DNA from: Acanthaster planci
Lineage: Eukaryota
Assembly (NCBI RefSeq): GCF_001949145.1
Contig: NW_019091356.1
Coordinates: forward strand, 2,884,713 to 2,948,712
Length of the DNA stretch: 64,000 bases
Direction: 5' to 3'
Position 1 is the first letter of the stretch, and each line of letters starts with the position of its first letter. The notes under the pieces were generated by a model, which saw only the letters and a list, made by a program, of their open reading frames with translations, was not told the DNA's origin and did no database searches. The position numbers were made by a program, and so were the translations under genes. Shown one piece after another: positions 40,701-52,803 of this stretch.

Positions 40701-43700
40701 ATACTGAATTTGTTGGACAGTTTAAGCAGATTACTGTTTTAATCAAGCAAGGTTATCACTCTTCACATTTCTTTTGGATTGGATTTTACAAAATAGCTGT
40801 GCTCTGTTTGTTTCTTGAAAAGCTGGTTCAAGTCATTGAAGATGGTAATTGTTGAAAGCAGTATTGCTCTCAGGAAATTTTAGAACAATCAAACAGGCCC
40901 GATTTCTTTTATTGCAAGAAGGGTAAGCAGGACTATCTTGTCTGGGTGATTCTCCGCAGTAATTGACAGTGCAATAGATAAACTGGAAGACCAGTTCTAT
41001 GTGGACTTTGAGTTCCACCATGAGATACACATGGACTATAACTTCTCCCAGACGGCCAGGCAGATCAAGGAAAGCATTCTCGGGGAGATGGAGGAGAGGA
41101 CTGAGGGCTTCCTTACGGTGGTCACCTGGCTCAACCGTCTTATGTCCTTCGCATTCATCCTCCTCATTCTCAAGTAAAGTCCACAGAGCCATTTCTATTT
41201 TTATTTGAGGGGATCCTTATATGTTCTTTGGCACTTCTGTTCCCAGCTTCCTGGTCTTTAGAGGCGATGAAGAGTGAAAATGTGTCTTGGAAATGAGAGG
41301 ATGCTTCTGTGGAATGTAGACTAGTCTGCATAACAGCACAGAATCTGTTAAGGTCTAGGGAGTCAAACCGAGATCAGGAGGTTGCCTTAACATCCTGGGG
41401 CAAAGATTCATCCAACGCCTTGGTCAAGGCTAAACTCAGTGTGGACATGAACCCTGTACTTATTTCCTACAAGCCACTACTATATGCTGGTCTCCAGATT
41501 GGAGTTCAAAAATGAAAACAATAATTCAAGAAAACTCTTTAGGACTCTCTAAATACTTTTGATTTTGGAGATTTGTTTTAATAATATAAACCTCTGAATA
41601 TTTCAAATGTGATTTACAGGTACTTCATTGAAATACAGTAAGGTAGAAAAACTTTCTCACTATTTCCCTTAATTTCTCCTTCCAGCAATTTTTTGGAATC
41701 CACCTTCAGATGTAAAATGTCACCCACATGTTAAGCAGAGCAAATCCATTCCTCACTGATTTCTGAAATGCAGAGCATACAAGTATTATCACGCCTACCG
41801 AGTTAAGGACAAACATGACAACTGGTACGTCACCAAGTACTTTGAGGGGATAGATGAAAAACGAAAAGAGGCAGGCAAAGAGACCCTCCTCCCCCTGAAG
41901 AGGAAAGAGCGCAGGAAGTATATCACCCCAAGTAAGAAAACTGTACCTGGTAGATGTGTGTGCTCAGTAATAATGACTCTGTTGATCAGGTGACCAATTT
42001 CCGACATAATGGGTATAAATCTGTAATGTTGCCATGAGACGAATAAACCTTATGAATGAACCTTAGCAACGGTTGGACAGCAGAATGTGCTCACAGTAGC
42101 ACGTGTTCCTCAATGCGCTCCCGGTTATTATGTCCCTCTGTACAGGTTCTGTATACCTAGCCAGGCCAGAGAAGCGGCGGATTATCCTGGGTTTTGTGAT
42201 GTGGACCACGCAACTTTTCTATGCGGCAGTACTTATGGCAGCTGACTGCATGGCTTACTGGTTTTTGGACTGGGTTCGTATGCAAAGCGAGCTCAACGTA
42301 CACATTAATGGTGAGTCATGCTCTGGAGCTGAGTGAATAAGCCATTTGCGAGTTACATTTCCATAAAATCTGGTACACTATGTTATCTCATTGCACATAA
42401 ATGCAACAATTTGAATTCCTCAGACTAAAGACACTGTGATTTCGGGCAACCTTTTGCATAGTGGAATCCCTGGAATGGACTGGTTCCTTTGTGCCCTTCT
42501 TATCCATTGAGAAGTGTGCATTGTTGCGAGGCGTCTCTTATGTCACTAAGCAAAAGCTTGCCCCGAATCACAAGGTATAGTAACAGTGCTTTTAGTCTGA
42601 AGATTTCAAATTGTTATGTTCATGTGAATTTGAAGCACTCAGTGTACCAGATTTATTCAAATTTAACTCCCAAATGGTTTATTGAGCAAATGTTAAAAAG
42701 CTGAGCTCATGGGGTTCCTAAGCACACTTGTTTGGTAAGCGCAGAAGTGCATTTCCTTTTGAATAAAATACAGGTCACTAATCAACACGTCACATGATAA
42801 TAACAGAAATGCTTCCCGGCTTCTAGGACAAACATGAATTTGATATGCAGCATTTTTCTGCTCCGCTACTAAACTGGGCAGCTGGTCATCAAATCATACC
42901 AAATCAGGGCATTCTAATTGGCAAATGCTGGCTTTCATCAAGTGATCAGCCTGATTTCTATGCAACTTGGCATTACATGTACCTGTCAACAGCTCCAGGC
43001 GCCGTGACACTGGACGTGCAGGGAGATGGGATTCTTGTTGATATCTACCGTGCTCTTATCCAATCGCTTGATCCACGGTACATCAGCGACTTTGCGGTTG
43101 ACACTACAAAATGCCTTCCCTATCCATCGCAGCCAGACATTGGAACCTATAGAGTCATAGGTAATAATGCTAACCGTTATTACAGGAAGTAAGTTTATTT
43201 GCACTTTGAGATAAGTCAGAAAGTGTTACTGGCCTTCAGGAAGATGTACAGGATTCAAATCCACGATTCAAATTCAGAATTTTAATTCAACCAGCTGGCT
43301 TCCAAAAGTTGTTCAGATTGGCCCAAAAATGTTTGCAGTAAGAATTTGTAGATATTAGATCCAAATCTTAACTGAGTACCCTGATTTTTTGGCTGACAGA
43401 TAAAGTAAATCAGCAACATTGTAACACACATTAATGGGAGGGCATTTTCCAGTCAACTTTACAGATTAAGAGATCAAGAATTAATCCCTGTAGTACTTGT
43501 AAGCCACTGGCTTCTTGAAAATCAATCCCCTTCAGAGCATCTTGAGAATCCAAAACCAGGGGCATGGTTAATGGAGAATACACAATGGCCTCACTGCATG
43601 CCATGGCTTTAAAATACCGAACAAAAAAAGCACAGCAGAACTTTCAAAGTTTACCAAGAATTCAGTATGTCTGCTTATATTGCGTGACAGATAACTGCAC

Positions 43701-46700
43701 TTGCAAGGAAAATGCACACCTTTTTTTCTATATTGGCCTAGTGGAACTGAAGAGGCCACAGTGCATGCAGGTGTTGTGTGTTTGGAGAGAGCCTCAAAGA
43801 CTGAACAGTCATAATACCCTTGTCAATTCTTCTCTGAACCTGTACTGCCCCAGGTGCCATCTTCATCATCTCTCTCTTCCTGATCATGTTTGAGGCCTAC
43901 GGGCTTCGCCTGCGCCGCCTCATCATGTCCAGGCACTACCCAGAGAGGGAGCGCGTCCGCGCCGTCTGGCTCTACAACCAGATCCTCCGCCGGCGCGGCA
44001 GCTTCAAGAAATTCCTCAAGAGGAACAAGAAGACAGACAACAGCCAGGGAACGAGAGACTACGGTTTTGCCAGCCACCTTGCATCCAGGTCACTATTATC
44101 CCTATTGTATTTGGATAGCAAGTAGAGCCCAATGACTAGATGCCAGAAGATGCCATCTTCGGAGGCCCAAATGTACTTCAACCACTTCGTGCCGGGATGC
44201 CTGGTTTCAAGCACCGTGTGTTTGTACGCAGAGCCGGGGTGCCCAGTTTCGGACAAAAGAGCTGGTCTGTGTAACAAAAGACTGTACTCGGAACAAAGGA
44301 CCTGCTGCTGGGAATCGCTCTTTCCTGTTTTGAGGGTTCAGTGTCAAATATTGAAGTGGAGGCCAATTTTGGCTTTTTGTAATATTCGGAAAGAAACCTA
44401 TCTATTTAATTCCAAATTTTGTTTGCAGGCTCAGATATTTCAAAATGTCAATTCCTCATCAATTTTGAGGATGTTATTATTTGTACCCGGTCAGAAATGT
44501 TGAAACAATGTCTAAAACAGAGACGCAAAGCTGCCAGAATAGTGTCACATTTTCACCTTATACTTTTGCTCTAAGTGTTCCACTTACACACCATTGGAAA
44601 GCTCTCTTTCTGCTGAATTAAAAAATACCAATATTTCAATTTTTGAAAATTCCGACTTTCAGCTCATTTTGCAGTGACAGGTCACAAGTATTGCTCCAAA
44701 CTGCTTAAAAAATTGAAAAATTACATAGTGCAGCACTTAATTTTTGTAATAGCCATCTTTGGAGGCCTGAAAAATCATGCAATGTATGCATCATTTGTGC
44801 ATGGCAATATGGCTATGACAGAGGTGGCAGCAAGTCATTGTATACAAGTTCAAGTCAAGTCACAAGTCAATTTCTGCAAGTCCAAGTCAAGTCACAAGTC
44901 AAAGCTAGTATTTACAAATCAAGTCACAAAAATAGCGAATCGAGTCCGACTCCAGTCGAAGTCACATGACTCGAGTCAGCAACTCTGGGGTACATGCAAA
45001 CCAGTAATGATATGGAAAAGAGTGATCTCGGTGAGCTCAGAGATGATAGCGTATGAATGAAAATGATTTTAAAGGCACTTCGGGGGAAAAGTAAGACTGC
45101 CGTCTCATGTCAGAGTTCTCGGATAACCATTCTTTGGGATAATGGAAAGAGGTGACAAAAATCTAATAATTCTTTTGTTTTGGCCCCAATGCACACCTTT
45201 TACAGTTTGGTTCAAGGAATATTAAGCATCAGTATTAAGTGAAAAGGGTTTTGAAAGAAGAAAAGTAAGAAGCGTGATCAGAACAAGTGAACAAGTAGTA
45301 GAAAATGATCCGAGGAAAAACAGACTTTCATGCAACACTGTCATTCTTGCATTATGCACAGGTCAAAGGTTTGGGCCAAAATTCTCCGAATCTGTGGATT
45401 CAAATGGAAGTTCTGTGTGAATTGCAGTGCGCCAGGAAAAGTTAAGGACACAGAGGGTTTTGTGAATTGCGCCAATGCTGGATGCCCAGGTAAGACATTC
45501 CTTTATTTGGCTGGGAAAGCTACGACAGCACACTGCCCCTTCAGAAACAGTGTTGTAGTGAGTCCATCACAAGTCCTTTCTGAAGTTCAGTCGTAAGTAA
45601 GAGGATGAATATAAAAAAGGAATGTTTTGTCACAGATCATATAAATACCTTGTGACATGACTTAAAACTGGACATTCAACGGACTTCACTACAGCACTGC
45701 AAAGAAGCATGGACAATATCTTACGACGATTATCATCAAGAAGCCGTTGACAGCCTTAATACTGAAGAAGCAGAATTGGGATGAAGAGTGAGAAGAGAGT
45801 TTAATAAATTTTAGAGAATTTGAAAAGCATCCGACTGAAGCATAGACAAGAAATGTTGACTTTACTTTAGGTGTGAGCCCTCTAATGAACCAATATTCGA
45901 TTACTTTCACTGAGATATCTTTACCCATCTTCCCATTCTCCAAAACCATCAACCTTCAATCAGAGGTACCACTAAGACGTGAAGGTGTCACATTAGCTCA
46001 ATGGCATAGCCATGGGGCAGGGCCTGGGTGTACGTGCCCCCCACAAATTCCCGGTGCCCCCCTCCCCCCCCGTGCCCCCCACTAAAAAAAAAAACACGGA
46101 TGAATGGATATTGAACAAGGCTAACAAAAGCTTTCCCCGAAAAAACCACACCACCGAAAGCTGGTGCCTCCCATAAGATGCTGTGCCCCCCCCCACTAGT
46201 AAAATCCTAGCTACGCCACTGTACGAGCTGTGCTCAGGAACTGTAAATGGCATTGTCTGGCCTAGTTTAGGAACAAAGGTAGAAGGCATCATATGATCTC
46301 TCTAGTTTGCTAGCATGTTAATTTTCAACTGAATATGCGCAACTAATTGCATCTTCACACACCTTTGTATGGATGCACAGCACATGCGATAGTGATGTTG
46401 GATATTTCCTGCTAAGCCCATCTCCGTCCTTAAAAATTAAGATAGAATGCATAATCAAATGAACATGAAACAAGTTTGTTTTCATTTGAAAATCTGTGTA
46501 GGCATTTACTGTCTGGAATGTGTTGACGAAATCCAAAATGTGTGTCAACTGTGCAGCAGGCCAGTTGACTACACTGTAGACATCGGGGCGTTTGATTTCG
46601 AAAGGTAGGTTGCGTTTGACTACAGATGATCCCTTTTTCTGTTTCTGACTGGATGCCCACTAACCATGTGAGTGAATATACATGTACTACTGGACAGAAA

Positions 46701-47162
46701 AGTTTTGGCTGTTGTGACACACAAACCCACCACATCGAAGCAGATTAAGACCGTGGTGGCCCTCAGGTTTGTGGATGCTAAGATCTTGATACAGAGCCCC
46801 ATCACTTTGACTTCACAGAGGGCTTGATGCCCCTTCAAAGTCAAACTACAGAGAATGAACCATTGAAATCATGCACTGTGCGGTACCACAGGCTTCCTAT
46901 CTGAAGTGACAAGGGAGATAGGAAAAAAAAATGTTCTTGTCAATGCAGGGCTTCAAGTGATGAAGATGTGGCCAGCAGGAGAAAGAAACAAAGGGGCGGA
47001 GATGAAGAGAGTGTATCCCTGGATGAGGAATCAGAAGAAGAGGAGGATTTAGACTACTCCTACCAATATGAATCCATCGACAGGAAGCATGATGAGGACA
47101 ATGTGTGGAAGACGTCTGGGGCCAAACCACAGTCAGGGCTCCTGAAGGGGCTTCGTAAGTAG
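37761..47162 (+). CDS. DCST2: DC-STAMP domain-containing protein 2-like (DCST/Sneaky/SPE-42 family) with C-terminal Cys-rich RING-like finger, about 834 aa
   Basis: Exons: 37761-38003, 38213-38558, 39082-39252, 39529(or 39538)-39630, 39865-40059, 40470-40532, 40960-41173, 41774-41931, 42146-42310, 42993-43160, 43854-44088, 45362-45489, 46502-46604, 46949-47162 (2505 nt, open throughout). Motifs GPVEN..CGSELAMNQ, KCNERLGVPQKRC, HDNWYVT..LLPL..ERRKYI, CLPYPSQPD, RLRRLIMSRHYPERERVRAVWLYN, and CxxC/Cx4C/CxxC/CxxC. DCST2 rather than DCST1 is by recalled similarity; first and last exons are least certain. Confidence 0.88.
42336..42683. mobile_element. TIR MITE (AATAAGCCATTTGCGAGTT family), copy 2
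   Basis: High similarity to 31981-32345 throughout; starts 25 nt after the DCST2 exon 9 donor. Confidence 0.8.
44819..44987. mobile_element. Short hAT-like element with (CAAGT)n / CGAGTC repeats
   Basis: CAGAG...CTCTG ends and internal CAAGTCAAGTCACAAGT repeats; no clear TSD. Confidence 0.5.
45999..46221 (-). mobile_element. hAT-type MITE (CAGTGGCGTAGC family), copy 2, in DCST2 intron 12
   Basis: TIR CAATGGCATAGC / GCTACGCCACTG; shares GGATGAATGGATATTGAACAA and AGTAAAATCCTAGCTACGCCACTG with the reverse complement of copy 1; degenerate TSD. Confidence 0.8.
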
Positions 47163-47881
47163 GAGGAAGGGGAGGTTTCGCAAAGCGAGGACAAAGAAGA
47201 CGAAAGAGAAGAGGTTTTTCTCTGAAGAAGAATATAATGAAGATGAAGACAGAGTAAAATATGGGACAACTCCGTTCAGTTTTGGAGGAATAAGTATTGA
47301 ATTGCAATCAAAGATAGAGTGGAAGGGGTAGACACTGTTAATGCCCTGCAGTGTGGGTGGTGTTACAAGGTATGAATTTCAGGGAAAATTTCCAAATGAG
47401 AAGTCCAATAGCTGACCAAATCCACAAGACAGGAAAATAATTTACCTTCGACCAATGAATGTAAAATTAAACAGCACAGGAGAGGAGAAAGTTTGTACGC
47501 CAGGGGAGACCTGTTTTTACTGGTTGATCTCTGGTGCCAAAGTAGCAGGAAAAATCACAGGAAACCTGGTCATCAGTGTGGTATAAATCATACTGAAGAA
47601 ACAAGGACGAAAGGAATGCCTTTGTGACAGTTCATGAGAACAGCTTGAGACCACATGACTGGAGGTTGGCAAGCAGTTGACTTGTTACAACTCTATTGGT
47701 GATGGAATTCCATAGATTGGAACATGCTTAAACAACCTGGCAAGGACAGCATCAGAGTGGATGTTCCTTGAGACATAGTGGGTCAATACATATGCATCCG
47801 CTGTCGAAGTGAATGAGAGGCAGCCCTATGTGACCAACTTACCTCTATGTTGACCATTCAGAGAGGATGGGGGGCCCTGGG

Positions 47882-50800
47882 TCACAACATCTTGGAAAAA
47901 ATGTGCTCTACAGCTTCAGGGAAATCTCGGCAGACAGCGGTCGCTTTGAGCTGGATGCGATCCTCATCACCTTGGCGATATTTACCTGTGTATCAGCACA
48001 TGAAGCCAAAATTTTTAAAGACCTTAAAATAATGAGGTCCTTTAATTGAAAAGTTTCTTGGGGACAATATGCAGTCATTTTGGTTAGGGTTTTGTGGTTT
48101 GTTTTTTATCGTAAAGCTTCTGAAAACTATTCTTGTGTGGGTATTTTGATCCCATTTTACTTCTTGTAAAATTCTCATTTCTCCAACAAAGTGCTTAGTT
48201 GAAAGTAGTGACCAAACTATGAAGTGTTGTTTTTGGTTGAGATGTGTTCAGATATGAATGTTTCATGTATTTATTCACCTGCCAAAGGAATTAAATGAAC
48301 AATGAATTACTGACTATTCAACAACATAGAAATATAATTGACCTGTTTTGACCAAGATTCCTTGCAAGCCAGCAGCCACGGCTCCCTCCACATCATCTCT
48401 GGCATCCTGCAAATCATTTCACAACAAACCACAGAAAATATTAGAGTAATACATGTAGCAATGACTAACAATCAGTATCATTTTGAAGAGGGAAAAGGAA
48501 CTGAAATTCCCTTTGAAGTAATACTTTTCTCCAATATCATATAAGTCTTGAGGATGCTCATGTATAACCTTAGCATTGAAGTAAAAACCTTTGACGCCAT
48601 GTTTGTAGAGGTGAGCTGACCTCTAAACTCCCCATCTCCCCAAGGAATTCTCCATACACTGTGCCTCCATATATCAATCTTACGTCTCCTATCATCACGG
48701 CTTCATCGGGACGGCATCCAAGGCTCTTCAGGGCCTCCAAGAAGAATGCCTTCTCCGGTTTCCCGAGGACGGATGCCTTGGTACCACTGGCGTACTCCAG
48801 GGCTTCGACGAAGGGTCCTGGGCCAAGGGCCAGGCCGTCCAGCCTCTTGTAGTACCTGGCCTTGTGGATGGCAATCAGCTTTGCATCGTCTAGCAACAAT
48901 CTAGAAAAAGAAGTTTCACAGACTTGGACTCTTGGCACGGAAATAGTGAGACATGATCACAGCCTAAAAAAAGGGATTCATATCCTAATATTGCGGTCAG
49001 CAGATGGCATATTAATTGCCATTTATTCATCAATCCACTCACGTGTTAACGTTTGATATCACAGCTTCTCTCTGCTTTTTTGGCAGTCTGTTCACCGAGC
49101 AGACAGTTTAAAAGACACATCCAACTGATCTCTACTCTGCACGAGGTAAGCTTGGGAAAGTTACTTCCCAATTGGAAATCAGTGGTCCACAGGTGGCAGC
49201 CACACAGAAAGAGAGGTATCTGATAACCCAAACTGATGGCCTTGCGGAGCAAAGAGGCAAACATGTCTCTACCTGAATGCCAAGTTGAGTGTTGCATAAT
49301 TGAAGCTGTCGGGGGACAGACCAACGACAACAGAGTTGGGCGAGTCTGTAGGGATGCCTGTTGGTGAACAGATTAGGAAAAAAGCTACATACGTGAAACA
49401 ATAAGCGAATTCTCCAATTTGGGCGATTCACAATAGTGTGCCTCCAAGAGTTTGCAATGCGTTGGCCTATCAGGATATGTGAAATCTGTCAACTCTTTTC
49501 AAACGCCTATCGGGTCGACAGATTTCGCGCGATGTGATTGGCCAAAGCGTTGCAAACTCTTGGAGGCGCACTATTGTGAATCGCCCGTATTTTAACACAG
49601 TTTCAAAGAAAGTGACCTTACGTCCAATACGCATGATACACTTTTTACCCAGGTCATTTCTGACCTTAACTGGCTCCAAACATGTACCCTGCATCTTAAC
49701 TTAAAGAATGAACCCATATCAAAGTGTTGAAAATACCATTTAGGAAAGATCTAACATTACACATCCTATCCACCCCTGGCTGAAGTGCACCCCCAATCGG
49801 CGAAAGAAGGACAGGTGGTTACAAGCGGGTTTTTGCACGTGTTCTGTGTGTATGCAAAGACCACACAAGCCGGAATAAATTACTTATGCGTACTCAGAGT
49901 GCTCCGCGTCCAACGCCCATACACTTGCGCGTCTATGCTGTTAGTGCCCAAAAAAACCACACCCCTTTTTGTTCCGCTTGGAGCGGATACCTACTAACAT
50001 GAGAGACGAGAGATGCTTGGTGGCAGCAAACATGCCAGTCACATGTTACCAGTCCACTAGTGTGTGCGTCATTTTAAGCAAAAGGTGGCCAACTCTACCA
50101 GTTCTCATACTACACTGTAGTTGATTTTTAAAATTTTTTTGTAGATAAACATCAAAGATTGGTTATCTTAATTTCTGATGCATAAGCCTCATCTTACATG
50201 AATAGGAGTAATAGTAAACATGACATGTGAAATTCTACTCTTCAGAATAAAAGGGATACTATTCTCCGGCCAGTTCTTTTGAAATTCACTATGATAGGTT
50301 CCGTTGGATTATGCAAGACTGGGAAGGCTTCCTAGAAAGAAACGGTCAAGGAGTCAAGGTTAAAGATGATACCCCACTCGTCACACCTTCAAAGTCCTTC
50401 CGAGCGTCCTCCTGCAGAAGCAGCATGGGTCTCAAGCCGCCCTCTGTTACCACATTTCGAGCCGCTGTCAGGGACGAGAAGATGTCGTGCACTCCGATGT
50501 CAAAGCCCAGTCTCTGGAGGCGCTGGTGGAGGGTGGAGGTGCTCTCTTTGGTGGTGTTGGTCACAAACTTGAGTTTGACAGGTGCTGCTCTTAATCTAAC
50601 CAAGCAAGGGAAAAAAATCCAAGGGTTTATTTCTAATATTTAAAATACATCCACACTGATGTTGCTGCGTGACAATACTGGTAATCCCGGGCTCAGAAAT
50701 GGGTACCTCTACCCCAAGCGGCCTAGAACCAGAGCTCCATGTTTTGTTTCTGAGCTTGGAGAAGCTCCATAGTTCTGGGGAGAGGGTACTGCATATTTTC

Positions 50801-51348
50801 AATTTGAATCCAGTAATAAGAAGGCAACTCTCTCCATTTTAAAGTGTGTTAATGATGCTGGGAAACTTCCAAAGATTGAAGAGAGAGAGAATTCCGTACC
50901 AGACTGTCACAGTTCACCCACTAGCTGCGCCATGAACACCCGAAAGTTTATTCCTCCATGGTTTACCCTACTTATTAAATGTGTCCCCCTATCTATTGCT
51001 ACAGTAGACCTTGGGGTCCACTCCACCTCTCTACAAGAGAGGGGCGGAGTCAGTGCACACGACAAACCTAACTTCTAAGGCATCCTTGAGTACTACTAGT
51101 AAAAAGTAGGTATGTAGTGATTGTGATGGTCGGATGCAGAATTTGTCCCAAATGATGTTTATAATATCAATAAAACTGCTCAATGCTTAGGCCCATATCC
51201 ATCTTTCCCAATCCCTACGATGTTCATTTTCAAAGTTCAAGGTCAACCTTTCTAGCGCTTCCACAGCTCCTGGAATAATGTTGTCTTCAATGTGTAATGT
51301 ACCACTCAGGTCGATTAACACTGCTCTTAGGCCAGCTCGCACAGCCAT
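47882..51348 (-). CDS. HDHD2: Haloacid dehalogenase-like hydrolase domain-containing protein 2 (HAD class IIA), 259 aa
   Basis: Exons: 51348-51248, 50595-50387, 49357-49273, 48900-48684, 48406-48343, 47985-47882 (780 nt). Motifs [70 protein letters not shown]. Confidence 0.96.
49421..49586. repeat. Near-perfect 166-bp palindrome (foldback MITE) in HDHD2 intron 2
   Basis: GGGCGATTCACAATAGTGTGCCTCCAAGAGTTTGCAA pairs with TTGCAAACTCTTGGAGGCGCACTATTGTGAATCGCCC; pairing continues inward. Confidence 0.9.
49767..49989. mobile_element. Short-TIR MITE, copy 2
   Basis: Diverged copy of 8385-8606. Confidence 0.7.
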
Positions 51349-52060
51349 CACACATGTTATTTGTTAATGCTTCAACAACACATGGAAGATGAGCGATCGC
51401 TTGTTCAAGTTGTTGCATATGCGCAGAGCTAGAGCTAGAGACGCGAAGCGGTCTTTTTTCTTGCTGCGCTAAACGACTCAAAGTAGTGTGATTTGCGCCC
51501 TCTACTGAACAAAATAGGCAAGGTCGGTCGAGTCCACGCAAAGTCCAGATACCCTGCACGATATGCGGTAACATTTTTGACCACATGTTTTCTGTNNNNN
51601 NNNNNNNNNNNNNNNNNNNNNNNNNNNNNNNNNNNNNNNNNNNNNNNNNNNNNNNNNNNNNNNNNNNNNNNNNNNNNNNNNNNNNNNNNNNNNNNNNNNN
51701 NNNNNNNNNNNNNNNNNNNNNNNNNNNNNNNNNNNNNNNNNNNNNNNNNNNNNNNNNNNNNNNNNNNNNNNNNNNNNNNNNNNNNNNNNNNNNNNNNNNN
51801 NNNNNNNNNNNNNNNNNNNNNNNNNNNNNNNNNNNNNNNNNNGAAAGTCCACGTGCCGTTTGTGAAGTCAAAATCCTGACGTGCATGTAATTTATCGTAT
51901 GACTCAGATCAATTGTTAAGGGCACCAGACTGATTAGTTCGCCGGGCGTTTCGGTGTTTCGCAATCAGTAAGCAATCGGTGTAGATATCGGTAGAAACTG
52001 GTCATGCACATCAAGATTCAGTGTGTATATTTCGTGTTGGTTAGAGAGTCACGATATGAG
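51349..52060. promoter_or_regulatory. Putative bidirectional promoter region of HDHD2/AEN (interrupted by N gap)
   Basis: Divergent genes; CpG-rich flanks on both sides of the gap; GCGCCCTCTACTG and CACGTG motifs. Confidence 0.6.
51596..51842. other. Assembly gap
   Basis: Run of N. Confidence 1.
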
Positions 52061-52803
52061 GTAAGTATACTGTATTAACATTTCTTAAATCAATGCATCC
52101 AGATGAGAGAAGTAGAATGTATTCTGATTTGCCCAATTTTCGGACAGTATTAATTTCCGGATCTAGCCATGGCATGGGTCATACAACTTGCAAGTCATGA
52201 TGGTTCAGCCAGCATTGTCATGATTGTTCAGTTGTTGTTACTCCCAGCTATAACATTAGTCCCAACTATATTTTGGACAGTCCCAAAACTGTATTTGGAA
52301 CTGATACTATTACTAGGCCTATGCCGTGGTTATGGCGTGGTACTGTCATGACTGTCAGCCGGCGGCATACACTGTTGTCCTGTCCATGAACATTTTCATG
52401 TTTATATAACATTGTGTAACTCATGTAAATATGGGATCATTGACCATGTAAACTGAATCAGAAATTAGCATGTTGCGTGATGAATACTTTCACTGAACAT
52501 AAACTGCTTACCTATACATAAACTAACAGTGTAATAATGTTTTTGAAGTAGCGGTTAGGTTGTGAAAAAAACTTAAAAAGAAAATACAAAGGAATAGGTT
52601 TTTCAGTCATAAGTGGAGTTTTGGTACATCAGGTACATCATTTACTTTGTGCTTCATGTTCCTTTATTCAGTGATCGAGTCAAGTACTGAAGCTTTCTGT
52701 ACTTTTTTCTTCTTTCTTCCGTACCATTTTTCTTAACTCTTATCATAACTTATCGACCTAATTACATGTACTCTTTTGAAAATTTCCATTTTCAGAAACA
52801 ATC

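Noticed and set aside
44845..44905. CRISPR-like repeat-spacer array (also short repeats near 29305 and 39010)
   Set aside because: Simple degenerate tandem repeats without unique spacers, in eukaryotic introns.
51287..51964. ORFs spanning N gaps (also 13470-13853)
   Set aside because: Artefacts of translating N runs.
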